From NCBI GenBank assembly GCA_964608215.1, contig CAZSMV010000001.1, positions 1,410 to 65,409 on the forward strand: a stretch of DNA of 64,000 nucleotides, read 5' to 3'. The notes below the pieces were generated by a model. The model ran no database searches. It was not told the origin of the DNA and was given only the letters and a program-made list of their open reading frames with translations. This DNA comes from an uncultured Staphylococcaceae bacterium (lineage in GTDB: Bacteria > Bacillota_I > Bacilli_A > RFN20 > CAG-826). Positions 1 through 8,964 of this stretch are shown here, one piece after another. Position numbers and translations under genes: made by a program. Position 1 is the first letter of the stretch. Each line of letters opens with the position of its first letter.

Positions 1-28
1 TTTAGATAAATTTAACGAAGAACCTTCT

Positions 29-283
29 ATGGAGACATTGTCTGAAATAGCTAAAATTATCAGCTATAACATTTTTCAAATGGATGGAATCAAATTTGTT
101 ATCCCATTTAGTTGCCATAAAGAAGAATCAATGCAATTGTCGCTATTTGACGATGATGAACCTAAGCTGGAAGAATGCGCAGGGTGCAAAACCGGCAATC
201 ATTTTAAACATAACGGGATTTACGCGACAATCAAGGATTGGCGTAGCAATAGGATAGTTAGATTTATCGATTTAACAAAATAA
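29..283 (+). CDS. hypothetical protein; the frame is open to the window edge, so this may be the C-terminus of a longer ORF
   Basis: ORF track. The frame stays open from nt 2. The stop lies 15 nt before the next gene, whose AAGGAAGG SD overlaps it. No motif recognised. Confidence 0.35.
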   Translation: METLSEIAKIISYNIFQMDGIKFVIPFSCHKEESMQLSLFDDDEPKLEECAGCKTGNHFKHNGIYATIKDWRSNRIVRFIDLTK

Positions 284-298
284 AGGAAGGGCGTATTT

Positions 299-3200
299 AT
301 GGAAGGAAAAAACGAAAGATTTGAATCGACATTTGAATATAAGCTGATTTACATATTTGGCATCAATGATGGAAATCATGAGGGCGTTTTAAAAATCGGC
401 GATGCAACTTTAAAGACGAATGAAAAATACGATTCTTTTCAACCTAACTGCCATGAATTAAATGCTGCCGCAAGAAAAAGAATAGATGAATATACTGCAA
501 CTGCTGGGATTCAGTATCAACTTTTACATACAGAAATCGCTGTCATGAATTCAAACGGGGTCATTAAAGCGTTTAGAGATCATAAGGTTCATAGCGTTTT
601 AAAACGCTCCGGTATTAAAAATGTCTATTTTGATACGACGCATAAGCAAAACGAATGGTTTGAATGCAAACTCACGACCGCAATAGATGCGATAAAAGCG
701 GTTAAAGAAGGGAAGACTGCTTTGGCTGGTTATCAAATTGCAAATGGTAAAAGCCCAATAATATTGCGCCCTGAGCAAGAAGAAGCCATTAAACAGACAA
801 TTAAACAATTTCAATTCAACCATCATATGCTTTGGAACGCCAAGATGCGTTTTGGTAAGACTTTATCGACTCTTGAATTGGTAAAGAGAATGAAATTCAA
901 TAAAACAATTATCATTACCCATAGACCTGATGTAGATAAGGGATGGTTTGAGGACTTTAATAAGATTTTCTACGAAGATAATACAGCTTATTCTTATGGC
1001 TCAAAACAAATCGGGAAAACTTTAAAGGAACTTTTAGCATCAAACAAGCCCTTCGTTTACTTTGCTTCTATCCAAGATTTAAGAGGATCTGAAAAGGCGG
1101 GTGGCAAATTCGATAAAAACGATGATGTTTTCAAGACAAAATGGGATTTAGTAGTAACTGATGAAGCTCATGAAGGCACCCAAACTGAGCTTGGTAAAAA
1201 TGTTAGAGATTTGCTTATTAGCGATGATAATTACGATTTGAGTTTATCTGGAACCCCATTTAACCTTTTCGATCAATACGCTTCAGAAAATACTTTTACT
1301 TGGGATTATATAATGGAACAAAAAGCCAAATACGATTGGATTAGAGATCCAAATAAGCTCGGAGATTCTAACCCATATGAAGAATTGCCTAAGTTAAATA
1401 TATTCACATATCAATTAGAGAGATTGATTAAAACGGATTTTGATTTGGAAGACAAAGCATTTAATTTTAAAGAGTTTTTTAGAGTTTGGACCGGTGATAA
1501 AGAAAAAGACCATGCAGAAAATCTGGATGAAGTCCATATTGGCAAATTTGTTCATGAAGATGCGGTTAAAGCGTTTCTTGATTTATTAGTTACTAAAAGC
1601 GATACGACTAATTATCCATTTTCAACCGAGGAATACAGAGATTTCTTTAGGCATACACTATGGATGATTCCAGGAGTCAAAGAAGCTAAAGCCTTAACAG
1701 AACTATTAAAAGCACATCCTGTCTTTGGACAATTCTCTATTGTTAATGTAGCAGGGGACGGAGATTACGATTATAAAGAAGAACAAAAAGCTAGGGATAA
1801 ACTCTCTAAAGCCATGACTAATCACCCTGAAAACACTAGAACAATCACACTTTCTTGCGGAAGGCTTACAACTGGTGTAACGGTTCCGGAGTGGACTGGT
1901 GTTTTGATGTTATATGGCACATATATGACTGATGCTAAGTCATATCTTCAAACTATTTTTAGAGTTCAATCTCCAGGCAATATAAATGGTAAAATCAAAG
2001 AGAATTGCTATGTTTTTGATTTTGCTCCAGATAGAACGTTAAGAGTAGTTTACGATTCTGTTCAAAAGATGTCAAAGATGAGAAAACCACAAATAGATGT
2101 CGCTTGCTTGATGGGTGAGTTTTTGAATTTCTGTCCAGTCATTGCTTTGACTGATGTCTCTTATATGAAAACTTTAAGTACCAACGAGTTGCTTCAAGAA
2201 GTCAAAAGAGTATACGCAGAACGTGTTGTTGAATCAGGATTTGATGACAGATGCTTATATGACGATCTTAAATTGAAACAACTCGATAAAGATGCATTAG
2301 ATAAATTTGAGAAATTAAGAGAGATTGTTGGAAAGACTAATCAAACCAAAAAGACTGATGTAAAGGTCAACGAGAATGATTTGACCGCTGAGCAAAAGAA
2401 AGAACTTGAAGGTCTGGAAACAAAGCAAAAGGAGAAAAAAGAACTTTCTGAAGAAGAGAAGAAGAGACTTGAGGAACTCAAGAAACTTCAAGACAAAAAA
2501 AGAACTGCTATCTCGATTCTTAGAGGGATATCAATAAGAATTCCGTTGCTTGTTTATGGCATGGACATCGATTACTCTACGGATATCACTATCGATGAAT
2601 TTGCAGATAAGATCGATGATGCTTCATGGAAGGAATTTATGCCAACTGGCGTCACTAAGGATATATTTAAACAATTTATTGAATATTATGATAAAGACAT
2701 ATTCATAAAAGCTTGTAGAAATATAAGAACAATCGCAAAACAATGCGATGATCTAAAACCAACTGAGCGTATCCAAAAGTTGGCGGATTTATTCGCTAAA
2801 TTTAAAAATCCTGATAAAGAAACTGTCTTAACTCCTTGGAGAGTCGTAAATATGCATATGTCTCAGACTATTGGCGGTTATTGTTTTTTTGATGAAAATT
2901 TCGAAAAAGAGATAGAAAAGCCTGAGTTTAAAGATATAAAAGATATAACTAACAACATATTTAAGGATGATGGTAAAGTTTTAGAGATTAATTCAAAGAC
3001 TGGTTTATACCCATTATATGTTGCGTACACTTTCTATAGAGAGAAAGTTAAAGATAAAGAAGACTCTTTATCATTTGATGAATACAAAAAGCTATGGAAT
3101 GATGTTATAGAAAATAACATTTTTGTAATTTGTAAAACCGAGATGGCTAAGCAAATTACTAGAAGGACATTGCTTGGTTATACAAAAGGAAAGATCAACG

Positions 3201-4321
3201 CTCATGCATTTGATGATTTGATAAATCAAATGAAAGAAAAGCAACAACAATTAGTAGACAAAATTTTAAGACCATCATTTTGGAATAAAGGAGGCAAAGA
3301 TATGAAGTTTAATGCAGTAGTTGGAAATCCACCATATCAACAAGAAATAGAAAATAGCCATAGGCCAACGCCTGTTTATAATTTCTTTTATGATATTTCT
3401 TTTAGAATTAGTGATTTTGTTTCACTGATTTCTCCAGCTAGATTTTTATTTAATGCAGGGCAAACTCCATCTGAATGGAATAAGAAAATGCTAAATGATG
3501 AGCATATTAAAGTTGTTAAATACTTTAAGGATTCACATGATGTTTTTGCTACGGCTGATATTAAAGGTGGAGTGGCTATTCTTATTAGAAACTCTAATAT
3601 TGAATACGGAGCTATAAAAATATTTTCCGAAAATCCGATATTAACTTCTATTATAAAAAAAGTTTCCGATAAACATATGGAAAAATTATCTTCTATTGTT
3701 TTCAGCAAAAGTACATATGGATTAACACCTGAGTTATATAAGGACTATCCGGAATATTTTTCAAAAATGACAAAAGGCAATGAATACATTGTGGATGCCT
3801 CGATATTTGAACTAATGCCTTTAGTTTTTAGGAATGAAAAAAAAGAGTTGAATGAACTGAAGGTTTATGGGAGACATTCTAATACTAGGACATTCAGATT
3901 TATTAATAAAAAGTATGTAAAGGATATAACTAATTTACATAATTATAAAGTTATTTTACCAGGTGCAAATGGATCGGGTAAATTAGGAGAAAAATTAGGC
4001 GAACCATTTATAGGCGAACCTAGCGAATTTTATACTCAAACATATATGAGCATAGGAAATTTTGAGAAAAAAGAAGAAGCTTATAATTTATTAAAATACA
4101 TTAAAACAAAGTTTTTAAGAATAATGTTAGGTACTTTAAAAATAACACAAAATACAGCGAAAGATACTTGGGATAATATTCCATTGTTTGATTTTACTAA
4201 TCAATCAGAAATTGATTGGAACAAAAATGTAATTGATGTTGACAAACAACTATATAATTATTTTGATTTATCTTCTAACGAGATTGAATTTATAGAAAAA
4301 ACGGCTATTGCAATGAAGTGA
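299..4321 (+). CDS. 1340-aa multidomain protein: T5orf172/GIY-YIG-superfamily-like N-terminal domain, SF2 DEAH helicase, K/E-rich coiled coil, gamma-class N6-adenine methyltransferase-like module
   Basis: N-terminus: YKLIYIFG...LKIGDAT...NEWFEC pattern. Helicase: Walker A AKMRFGKT, VTDEAHEG (DEAH), LSGTPF, QTIFRVQS. MTase-like: VVGNPPYQ (aa 1010-1013), with a motif-I-like VLEINSKTGLYPL 116 aa upstream. SD AAGGAAGG precedes the ATG. Confidence 0.85.
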   Translation: MEGKNERFESTFEYKLIYIFGINDGNHEGVLKIGDATLKTNEKYDSFQPNCHELNAAARKRIDEYTATAGIQYQLLHTEIAVMNSNGVIKAFRDHKVHSVLKRSGIKNVYFDTTHKQNEWFECKLTTAIDAIKAVKEGKTALAGYQIANGKSPIILRPEQEEAIKQTIKQFQFNHHMLWNAKMRFGKTLSTLELVKRMKFNKTIIITHRPDVDKGWFEDFNKIFYEDNTAYSYGSKQIGKTLKELLASNKPFVYFASIQDLRGSEKAGGKFDKNDDVFKTKWDLVVTDEAHEGTQTELGKNVRDLLISDDNYDLSLSGTPFNLFDQYASENTFTWDYIMEQKAKYDWIRDPNKLGDSNPYEELPKLNIFTYQLERLIKTDFDLEDKAFNFKEFFRVWTGDKEKDHAENLDEVHIGKFVHEDAVKAFLDLLVTKSDTTNYPFSTEEYRDFFRHTLWMIPGVKEAKALTELLKAHPVFGQFSIVNVAGDGDYDYKEEQKARDKLSKAMTNHPENTRTITLSCGRLTTGVTVPEWTGVLMLYGTYMTDAKSYLQTIFRVQSPGNINGKIKENCYVFDFAPDRTLRVVYDSVQKMSKMRKPQIDVACLMGEFLNFCPVIALTDVSYMKTLSTNELLQEVKRVYAERVVESGFDDRCLYDDLKLKQLDKDALDKFEKLREIVGKTNQTKKTDVKVNENDLTAEQKKELEGLETKQKEKKELSEEEKKRLEELKKLQDKKRTAISILRGISIRIPLLVYGMDIDYSTDITIDEFADKIDDASWKEFMPTGVTKDIFKQFIEYYDKDIFIKACRNIRTIAKQCDDLKPTERIQKLADLFAKFKNPDKETVLTPWRVVNMHMSQTIGGYCFFDENFEKEIEKPEFKDIKDITNNIFKDDGKVLEINSKTGLYPLYVAYTFYREKVKDKEDSLSFDEYKKLWNDVIENNIFVICKTEMAKQITRRTLLGYTKGKINAHAFDDLINQMKEKQQQLVDKILRPSFWNKGGKDMKFNAVVGNPPYQQEIENSHRPTPVYNFFYDISFRISDFVSLISPARFLFNAGQTPSEWNKKMLNDEHIKVVKYFKDSHDVFATADIKGGVAILIRNSNIEYGAIKIFSENPILTSIIKKVSDKHMEKLSSIVFSKSTYGLTPELYKDYPEYFSKMTKGNEYIVDASIFELMPLVFRNEKKELNELKVYGRHSNTRTFRFINKKYVKDITNLHNYKVILPGANGSGKLGEKLGEPFIGEPSEFYTQTYMSIGNFEKKEEAYNLLKYIKTKFLRIMLGTLKITQNTAKDTWDNIPLFDFTNQSEIDWNKNVIDVDKQLYNYFDLSSNEIEFIEKTAIAMK

Positions 4322-4333
4322 TGAGGTATATAA

Positions 4334-4666
4334 ATGAAGGAAAAATCTTATGAAAGTCTTAAAAAGAATTTAATTGATGATCTATCTAATTGTTCAAGAA
4401 AAGAACTTGATTTAATATATAAAATGCTGAAAGAGTGTTTAAAGAAATTTGATAGGGATGGAATATTTAAAAACTGCCGAGATTTCTTTAAGTTAATTTT
4501 TAAAAATAAAAAAGAAAAATGCTTGTACTTTATTAATGATGTCGAAGATTCGAAAGATAAATTAACTGATACTGAAAAAGAAGAATTGAGAAAATATTTT
4601 CTTAGTATAAGTAATGTTCATAGGACTTTTCTAGAAAATTTACAAGCTTTATTTGGTGCTTCATAA
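4334..4666 (+). CDS. hypothetical 110-aa soluble, K/E-rich (probably helical) protein
   Basis: Starts 13 nt after the large ORF, with a GAGG SD. Its stop overlaps the next start (TAATG). Confidence 0.55.
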   Translation: MKEKSYESLKKNLIDDLSNCSRKELDLIYKMLKECLKKFDRDGIFKNCRDFFKLIFKNKKEKCLYFINDVEDSKDKLTDTEKEELRKYFLSISNVHRTFLENLQALFGAS

Positions 4667-5106
4667 TGAAAAAATTCTTTATTAAATCTCTAGTATTCTT
4701 CTTATATTTTTGCCTAATTCTATTGGTAGCCTATATTTTTAAATGGCCTCAAGAATTTGATAGCCATGTTTATATTGACAATGATTTCAAGGTTTCGAGC
4801 TACATTTTGCTAATTATTTATAGAATTCTAATTTATTTTACATTTCCATTTATCGTTTCCTTGTTTGAGTTTTTAAAGAACAAAATGAAACTAAAATATC
4901 GAAAACTTTTAATCCAAAATTTTAATATTCAATTTTTTACTTATGCTTTGATTAGTGGCATTTATGTTTTTTTTGGACTAGATAAATTGTTAAATGTTGA
5001 AATTTTTGGAGCCTCAGATGCTATGCTATTCATTACAGGATTTGTTTTTACAACAATTATAGATAAAACTACTCCTTTTTTAATTTCTGATAATAAAGAA
5101 ATGTAA
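4666..5106 (+). CDS. hypothetical 146-aa membrane protein with about 4 predicted TM helices
   Basis: Four hydrophobic stretches (FFIKSLVFFLYFCLILLVAYIF, SYILLIIYRILIYFTFPFIV, FFTYALISGIYVFFGL, AMLFITGFVFTTII). 1-nt overlap with the upstream ORF. Confidence 0.6.
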   Translation: MKKFFIKSLVFFLYFCLILLVAYIFKWPQEFDSHVYIDNDFKVSSYILLIIYRILIYFTFPFIVSLFEFLKNKMKLKYRKLLIQNFNIQFFTYALISGIYVFFGLDKLLNVEIFGASDAMLFITGFVFTTIIDKTTPFLISDNKEM

Positions 5107-5136
5107 ATTTTATCGATACTATCGTTATTTTTCCAA

Positions 5137-5196
5137 GGGTGCTAAAGGGTGCTAAAAATCTACACGATTTAAGTAGAGGGTGCTAAAATCGTATCA
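5137..5196. repeat. three GGGTGCTAAA copies (5137, 5147, 5178) plus TACACGATTT; contains the left copy (5147-5170) of a 24-nt direct repeat
   Basis: Read directly. GGGTGCTAAAAATCTACACGATTT matches 11145-11168 with 1 mismatch. Confidence 0.85.
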
Positions 5197-5227
5197 ATAA
5201 AGCATACCTTAGACATCTAAGAAATAT

Positions 5228-5259
5228 AGGTTTGATACAATATCAAACCTTTTATTTTT
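5228..5259 (+). terminator. rho-independent terminator closing the 299-5106 operon
   Basis: Perfect 10-bp stem AGGTTTGATA/TATCAAACCT, 3-nt loop, then TTTATTTTT. Confidence 0.7.
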
Positions 5260-5402
5260 GCCTAAAATAGCCAATAAATAAGCGTTTTTCTTGATTTTAA
5301 TGCTTTGTAGATGATTTAGTGTAAATAAATCAAAAAAAGTTTTTTAAGTCTTTTCAATTTATATTTAATTATTTTAAATAATTAAATCATAAATATATTA
5401 AT

Positions 5403-5431
5403 TTGACATAATATTTAATGAAAACTATAAT
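5403..5431 (+). promoter_or_regulatory. sigma-A type promoter for the lipoprotein gene
   Basis: TTGACA, 17 nt, TATAAT (both hexamers match consensus exactly). Lies 28 nt upstream of the ATG at 5459. Confidence 0.65.
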
Positions 5432-5458
5432 TTGAATATTTGAATTAAAAAGGTTTTT

Positions 5459-8400
5459 ATGAAAAAGAATTATTTCTTGTCAGCTATTGCTATTTTGTTA
5501 GTTCTTTGTTCTTGTTCTGCTCAAAGTCATGAACATACTTATAGTGATACTTGGAGTCATGATAAAACTTATCATTATCATGAGGCTACATGTGGTCATG
5601 ATGTTAAAAAAGATGAAGAAAAACATACTTTTGTTGATATAGTAGTTGCTCCTACATATGATAAAGATGGATATACAAAACATACTTGTAGTATTTGCGA
5701 ATATACATATACAGATACTGTTACTCCTAAATTAAATCATAATTATTCTAGTGTTTGGAGTTATGATGAATCTCAACACTGGCACGTTTGTACTGATAGT
5801 GGATATGAAACATTAAAAACTGATATAGCAAATCATAATTTTACTGAGACCATAATTAGTCCAACATATGATGAAGCAGGATATACTTTACATGAATGTA
5901 GTGATTGTAAGTATTCATATAAGAGTGATTATACAGATAAATTAATTAGAACTTATAATTTAGTTTTTGATTTTAATGGTGGAACATCTTTAAGTCATGG
6001 CTCATCATTTAGTAAAGTTATTCAATCTTTTTCTAAAGATGATTTCTTTTATGATTTATATAAAGATGGATATATTTTTAGAGGGTGGAAATATAAAGGA
6101 GAAGTTGTTGTTAATGAAAATGGTGTATGGAATATCACCCCAAATTTAGAAGATACAATGACATTTACTGCTATATTTTCTGATAAAGTAAATCTAAATA
6201 TTAATATAAATATTGAAGGAGCTGGTACAGTAGACGGGAATGGTGAATATACTTTAAATACTTTTGTTAGTTTAAATGCAACACCTGCTCAAGGATATAA
6301 GTTTACTGGATGGTATAACGAAGGAACTTTACTTTCAGATAATAAACAATATACCTTTAAAATTACTAAAGATATGGATTTAGAAGCTAGATTCTCATTA
6401 GATTCGTTTACATTAACAATATCATCAAATAACTTAACATATGGTGAAGTTTTACCAATTGATGATAGTGGTGATCAAAAACAAGATACATATACTTTAA
6501 GTAAAGACTATAATGATTCTATTACTATTAAAGCTGTATCTAAAACTGATTCAGTTAGTTTTCTTGGCTGGTATGATGAAAATAATAATTTAGTATCTTC
6601 TAATTCTTTATATACATTTACTATGCCAAATCATGATTATTCATTAGTTGCTAAATGGAATTATTTTAAAATTGAATATAACTTAAATGGTGGGGTAAAT
6701 AGTGATGATAATAAGGATCATTATTCTACTGATAAAGTACCTACTTTAAATAATCCTGCCAAAAAAGGATATACATTCTTGGGATGGAAATATAAAGGAA
6801 ATTTTGTTACATCTATTGATTCTAGTTGGCTTACTGATATAAGTTTAGATGCTATTTGGGAAACTACAACATATAATGTAACTTATCATCTTGATGGAGG
6901 AGAAAATAATAGTAGTAATCCTAAGACTTTTACAATAAAAAGTGAAGATATTACTTTAGCCTCACCTACTAAAAAAGGATATGACTTTATGGGATGGTAT
7001 ACATCATCTTCATTAAGTGATGAAACAAGTATTACTACAATTACAAAAGGATCCACTGACGATGTTAATTTATATGCTAAATGGAAAATTATTACCTATA
7101 CAATTACATATAATGTAGGTTTAGGAAAAAACGATACTTCTAATCCAAAAACATATACTGTAGAAGATGAAATTACATTAGCTAATGCTACAAGAGATGG
7201 CTATACATTTACTGGTTGGAAAGGTGATAAAGGTGTAGTTGAAGAAATTAATAAAGGTACAGTTGGCAATCTTACTTTAACTGCAATGTGGTCTACTAAT
7301 TTAAATAGTTTATCAGTTTCTACTGAAGATCAAAATATGGGGTCTGCTAGAATTGTAAGTGGAGAAGGCTATACAGATGAAGAAATTACTATTAAAGCTA
7401 TAGTAAATAGTGGTTATTTATTTAAAGGTTGGTATGAAGGAGATACTAAAGTTTCTCCTAAAGAAGAATATACATTTACAATGGGAACAACTGATAAAAC
7501 ATTAGTCGCTAAATTTTATAATAAAGATGAAGTAAAAGAAATTTATAAAAATCAAGGAAGAATACCTGTAGTTAGTAGTGATTCAAAAACAGTAACTTAT
7601 GGTTTATATCCTCAAACTGTAGTAAGCGATACTGAGCTTATTAGCGAATTAGATAAGTTAACAACAACTGCATCTAATGGCTGGTATTTATATGATAATA
7701 CCTATTATGTTAAACAAAGCGTTACTAAATATGTATCTGATTGGGCAATGGAAACGGTTGGCACTTATAAATTTAGTGATGGATCAGAAGTAGTTACTGG
7801 AGATACGCGTTGGTTTAAATGTGAACCAATATCTTGGAAAGTGTTAACAATATCTACAACCGGATCAGGTTATTATACATATAGTTTAGTTTCTAATTTA
7901 ATATTAGATAATCAAAGATTTAATGAAAGATTTAATGGACAAAATGAAGAAGGATACTATGCTAATAACTATGAACAATCAGAGATTAGAAGCTGGTTAA
8001 ATGGTGAATTTTATAATTTAGCATTTGGTTTAGATAAATCTTATATTAAGAATATTACAATTGATAATAGTGAATCTAGCACTCAAACAACAACAAGTAA
8101 TCCATATGTATGTAATGATACGAATGATTATGTATATTTATTAAGCGATGCTGATTATCAGAATACATCTTATGGATTTTCAACTGAAACTTCTTCAGAT
8201 AAAGCGTCCTTAAGATGTCAGGTAACTGATTATTCTTTAGCAAAGAGTATTCAAATGTATGATGGATCTGACTATTCTAGATGTGGAACTTATTATACTC
8301 GTTCACCAATTGATAAAGTATCTACTCAAGCTTCTTTAGTTGAGTATTGGGGTGATTTATTCCCTGGAAGAGAAGGCAGCACATATGGTGTTTATAAAGA

Positions 8401-8467
8401 TTATTATGTTGATAAATATGAAGGTGTTAGGCCTGGTATTACAATAAAAGTTCAAACTGAAAATTAA
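5459..8467 (+). CDS. 1002-aa surface lipoprotein: two Cys/His-rich modules, about 7 or more Listeria-Bacteroides (Flg_new-type) repeats, C-terminal uncharacterised domain
   Basis: Signal peptide plus lipobox-like LCSC. Repeated GY(T/K/D/I/L)F.GW motifs (GYIFRGW, GYKFTGW, VSFLGW, GYTFLGW, GYDFMGW, GYTFTGW, GYLFKGW). Duplicated H..Y...W..D...H.H...PTYD..GYT.H.CS.C.Y.Y module. Confidence 0.85.
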   Translation: MKKNYFLSAIAILLVLCSCSAQSHEHTYSDTWSHDKTYHYHEATCGHDVKKDEEKHTFVDIVVAPTYDKDGYTKHTCSICEYTYTDTVTPKLNHNYSSVWSYDESQHWHVCTDSGYETLKTDIANHNFTETIISPTYDEAGYTLHECSDCKYSYKSDYTDKLIRTYNLVFDFNGGTSLSHGSSFSKVIQSFSKDDFFYDLYKDGYIFRGWKYKGEVVVNENGVWNITPNLEDTMTFTAIFSDKVNLNININIEGAGTVDGNGEYTLNTFVSLNATPAQGYKFTGWYNEGTLLSDNKQYTFKITKDMDLEARFSLDSFTLTISSNNLTYGEVLPIDDSGDQKQDTYTLSKDYNDSITIKAVSKTDSVSFLGWYDENNNLVSSNSLYTFTMPNHDYSLVAKWNYFKIEYNLNGGVNSDDNKDHYSTDKVPTLNNPAKKGYTFLGWKYKGNFVTSIDSSWLTDISLDAIWETTTYNVTYHLDGGENNSSNPKTFTIKSEDITLASPTKKGYDFMGWYTSSSLSDETSITTITKGSTDDVNLYAKWKIITYTITYNVGLGKNDTSNPKTYTVEDEITLANATRDGYTFTGWKGDKGVVEEINKGTVGNLTLTAMWSTNLNSLSVSTEDQNMGSARIVSGEGYTDEEITIKAIVNSGYLFKGWYEGDTKVSPKEEYTFTMGTTDKTLVAKFYNKDEVKEIYKNQGRIPVVSSDSKTVTYGLYPQTVVSDTELISELDKLTTTASNGWYLYDNTYYVKQSVTKYVSDWAMETVGTYKFSDGSEVVTGDTRWFKCEPISWKVLTISTTGSGYYTYSLVSNLILDNQRFNERFNGQNEEGYYANNYEQSEIRSWLNGEFYNLAFGLDKSYIKNITIDNSESSTQTTTSNPYVCNDTNDYVYLLSDADYQNTSYGFSTETSSDKASLRCQVTDYSLAKSIQMYDGSDYSRCGTYYTRSPIDKVSTQASLVEYWGDLFPGREGSTYGVYKDYYVDKYEGVRPGITIKVQTEN

Positions 8468-8497
8468 TAAGTAAATACATTAAATAATTAAAAATAA

Positions 8498-8526
8498 AAG
8501 GTTAGAATTTTGTTTCTAGCCTTTTT
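8498..8526. terminator. bidirectional rho-independent terminator
   Basis: 10-bp stem AAGGTTAGAA/TTCTAGCCTT (one G-U pair), 6-nt loop. A-run upstream and T-run downstream. Confidence 0.6.
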
Positions 8527-8964
8527 AGATTTTAAATTTCTTTTGCATCTTTTTTGACCATGAAAGATAAGAAGTTATATCTTTGATTACGTTGAGTCCA
8601 AATTCATCAAACAAGTATTCAAGATAGGGAATTTGTTTTAAATTATTTTCAAGCGCGGTTTGAACTAATGAATAATAGTTACAGGTTGTCCGAGCGCTTT
8701 TTTCAGTAAATGAGAACATCCAGTTTTTACAACCAATGACAATACTCTTAACTTTTCTTTCTGAAGGGTTTTTGTCAAGTTCAAGTCTTCCATCAAGTAG
8801 TATGTTATAAATTGATTTCTTGTTTTTAATTGCAAAATTCAATGCATCACCAAGTTTTGATTTTGGAAGAACGTTTGAATAATATTTCTCGCAAGTTTTA
8901 AAGAAATCATTGAACAATGGTTTGATAATTTCTTCTCTTTTTTCTTTATAAAATCAAAGTTTGA
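8525..8964 (-). pseudogene. IS66-family transposase, C-terminal fragment only (truncated remnant)
   Basis: LPKSKLGDALNFAI...LLDGRLELDKNPSERKVKSIVIGCKNWMFS...YYSLVQTALENNL fits the conserved IS66 C-terminal pattern. An in-frame stop lies just upstream of EEIIKPLFN. No DDE core is present. Confidence 0.7.

Noticed and set aside
2390-2510. Apparent repetitiveness (AAAGAA/GAAGAA runs) as a DNA tandem repeat
   Set aside because: This is not a true tandem repeat. It reflects a K/E-rich coiled-coil segment (KKELEGLETKQKEKKELSEEEKKRLEELKKLQDKK) encoded by biased codons.
3388-3708. Antisense ORFs within the 1340-aa gene (3388-3708 and 599-826)
   Set aside because: They are fully embedded and antisense, lack an RBS, and have the composition typical of shadow frames.
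5137-5187. GGGTGCTAAA copies as CIRCE/HrcA operators
   Set aside because: They resemble the right CIRCE half-site (GAGTGCTAA). However, no TTAGCAC-type partner exists at the required 9-nt spacing, and no chaperone gene is downstream.
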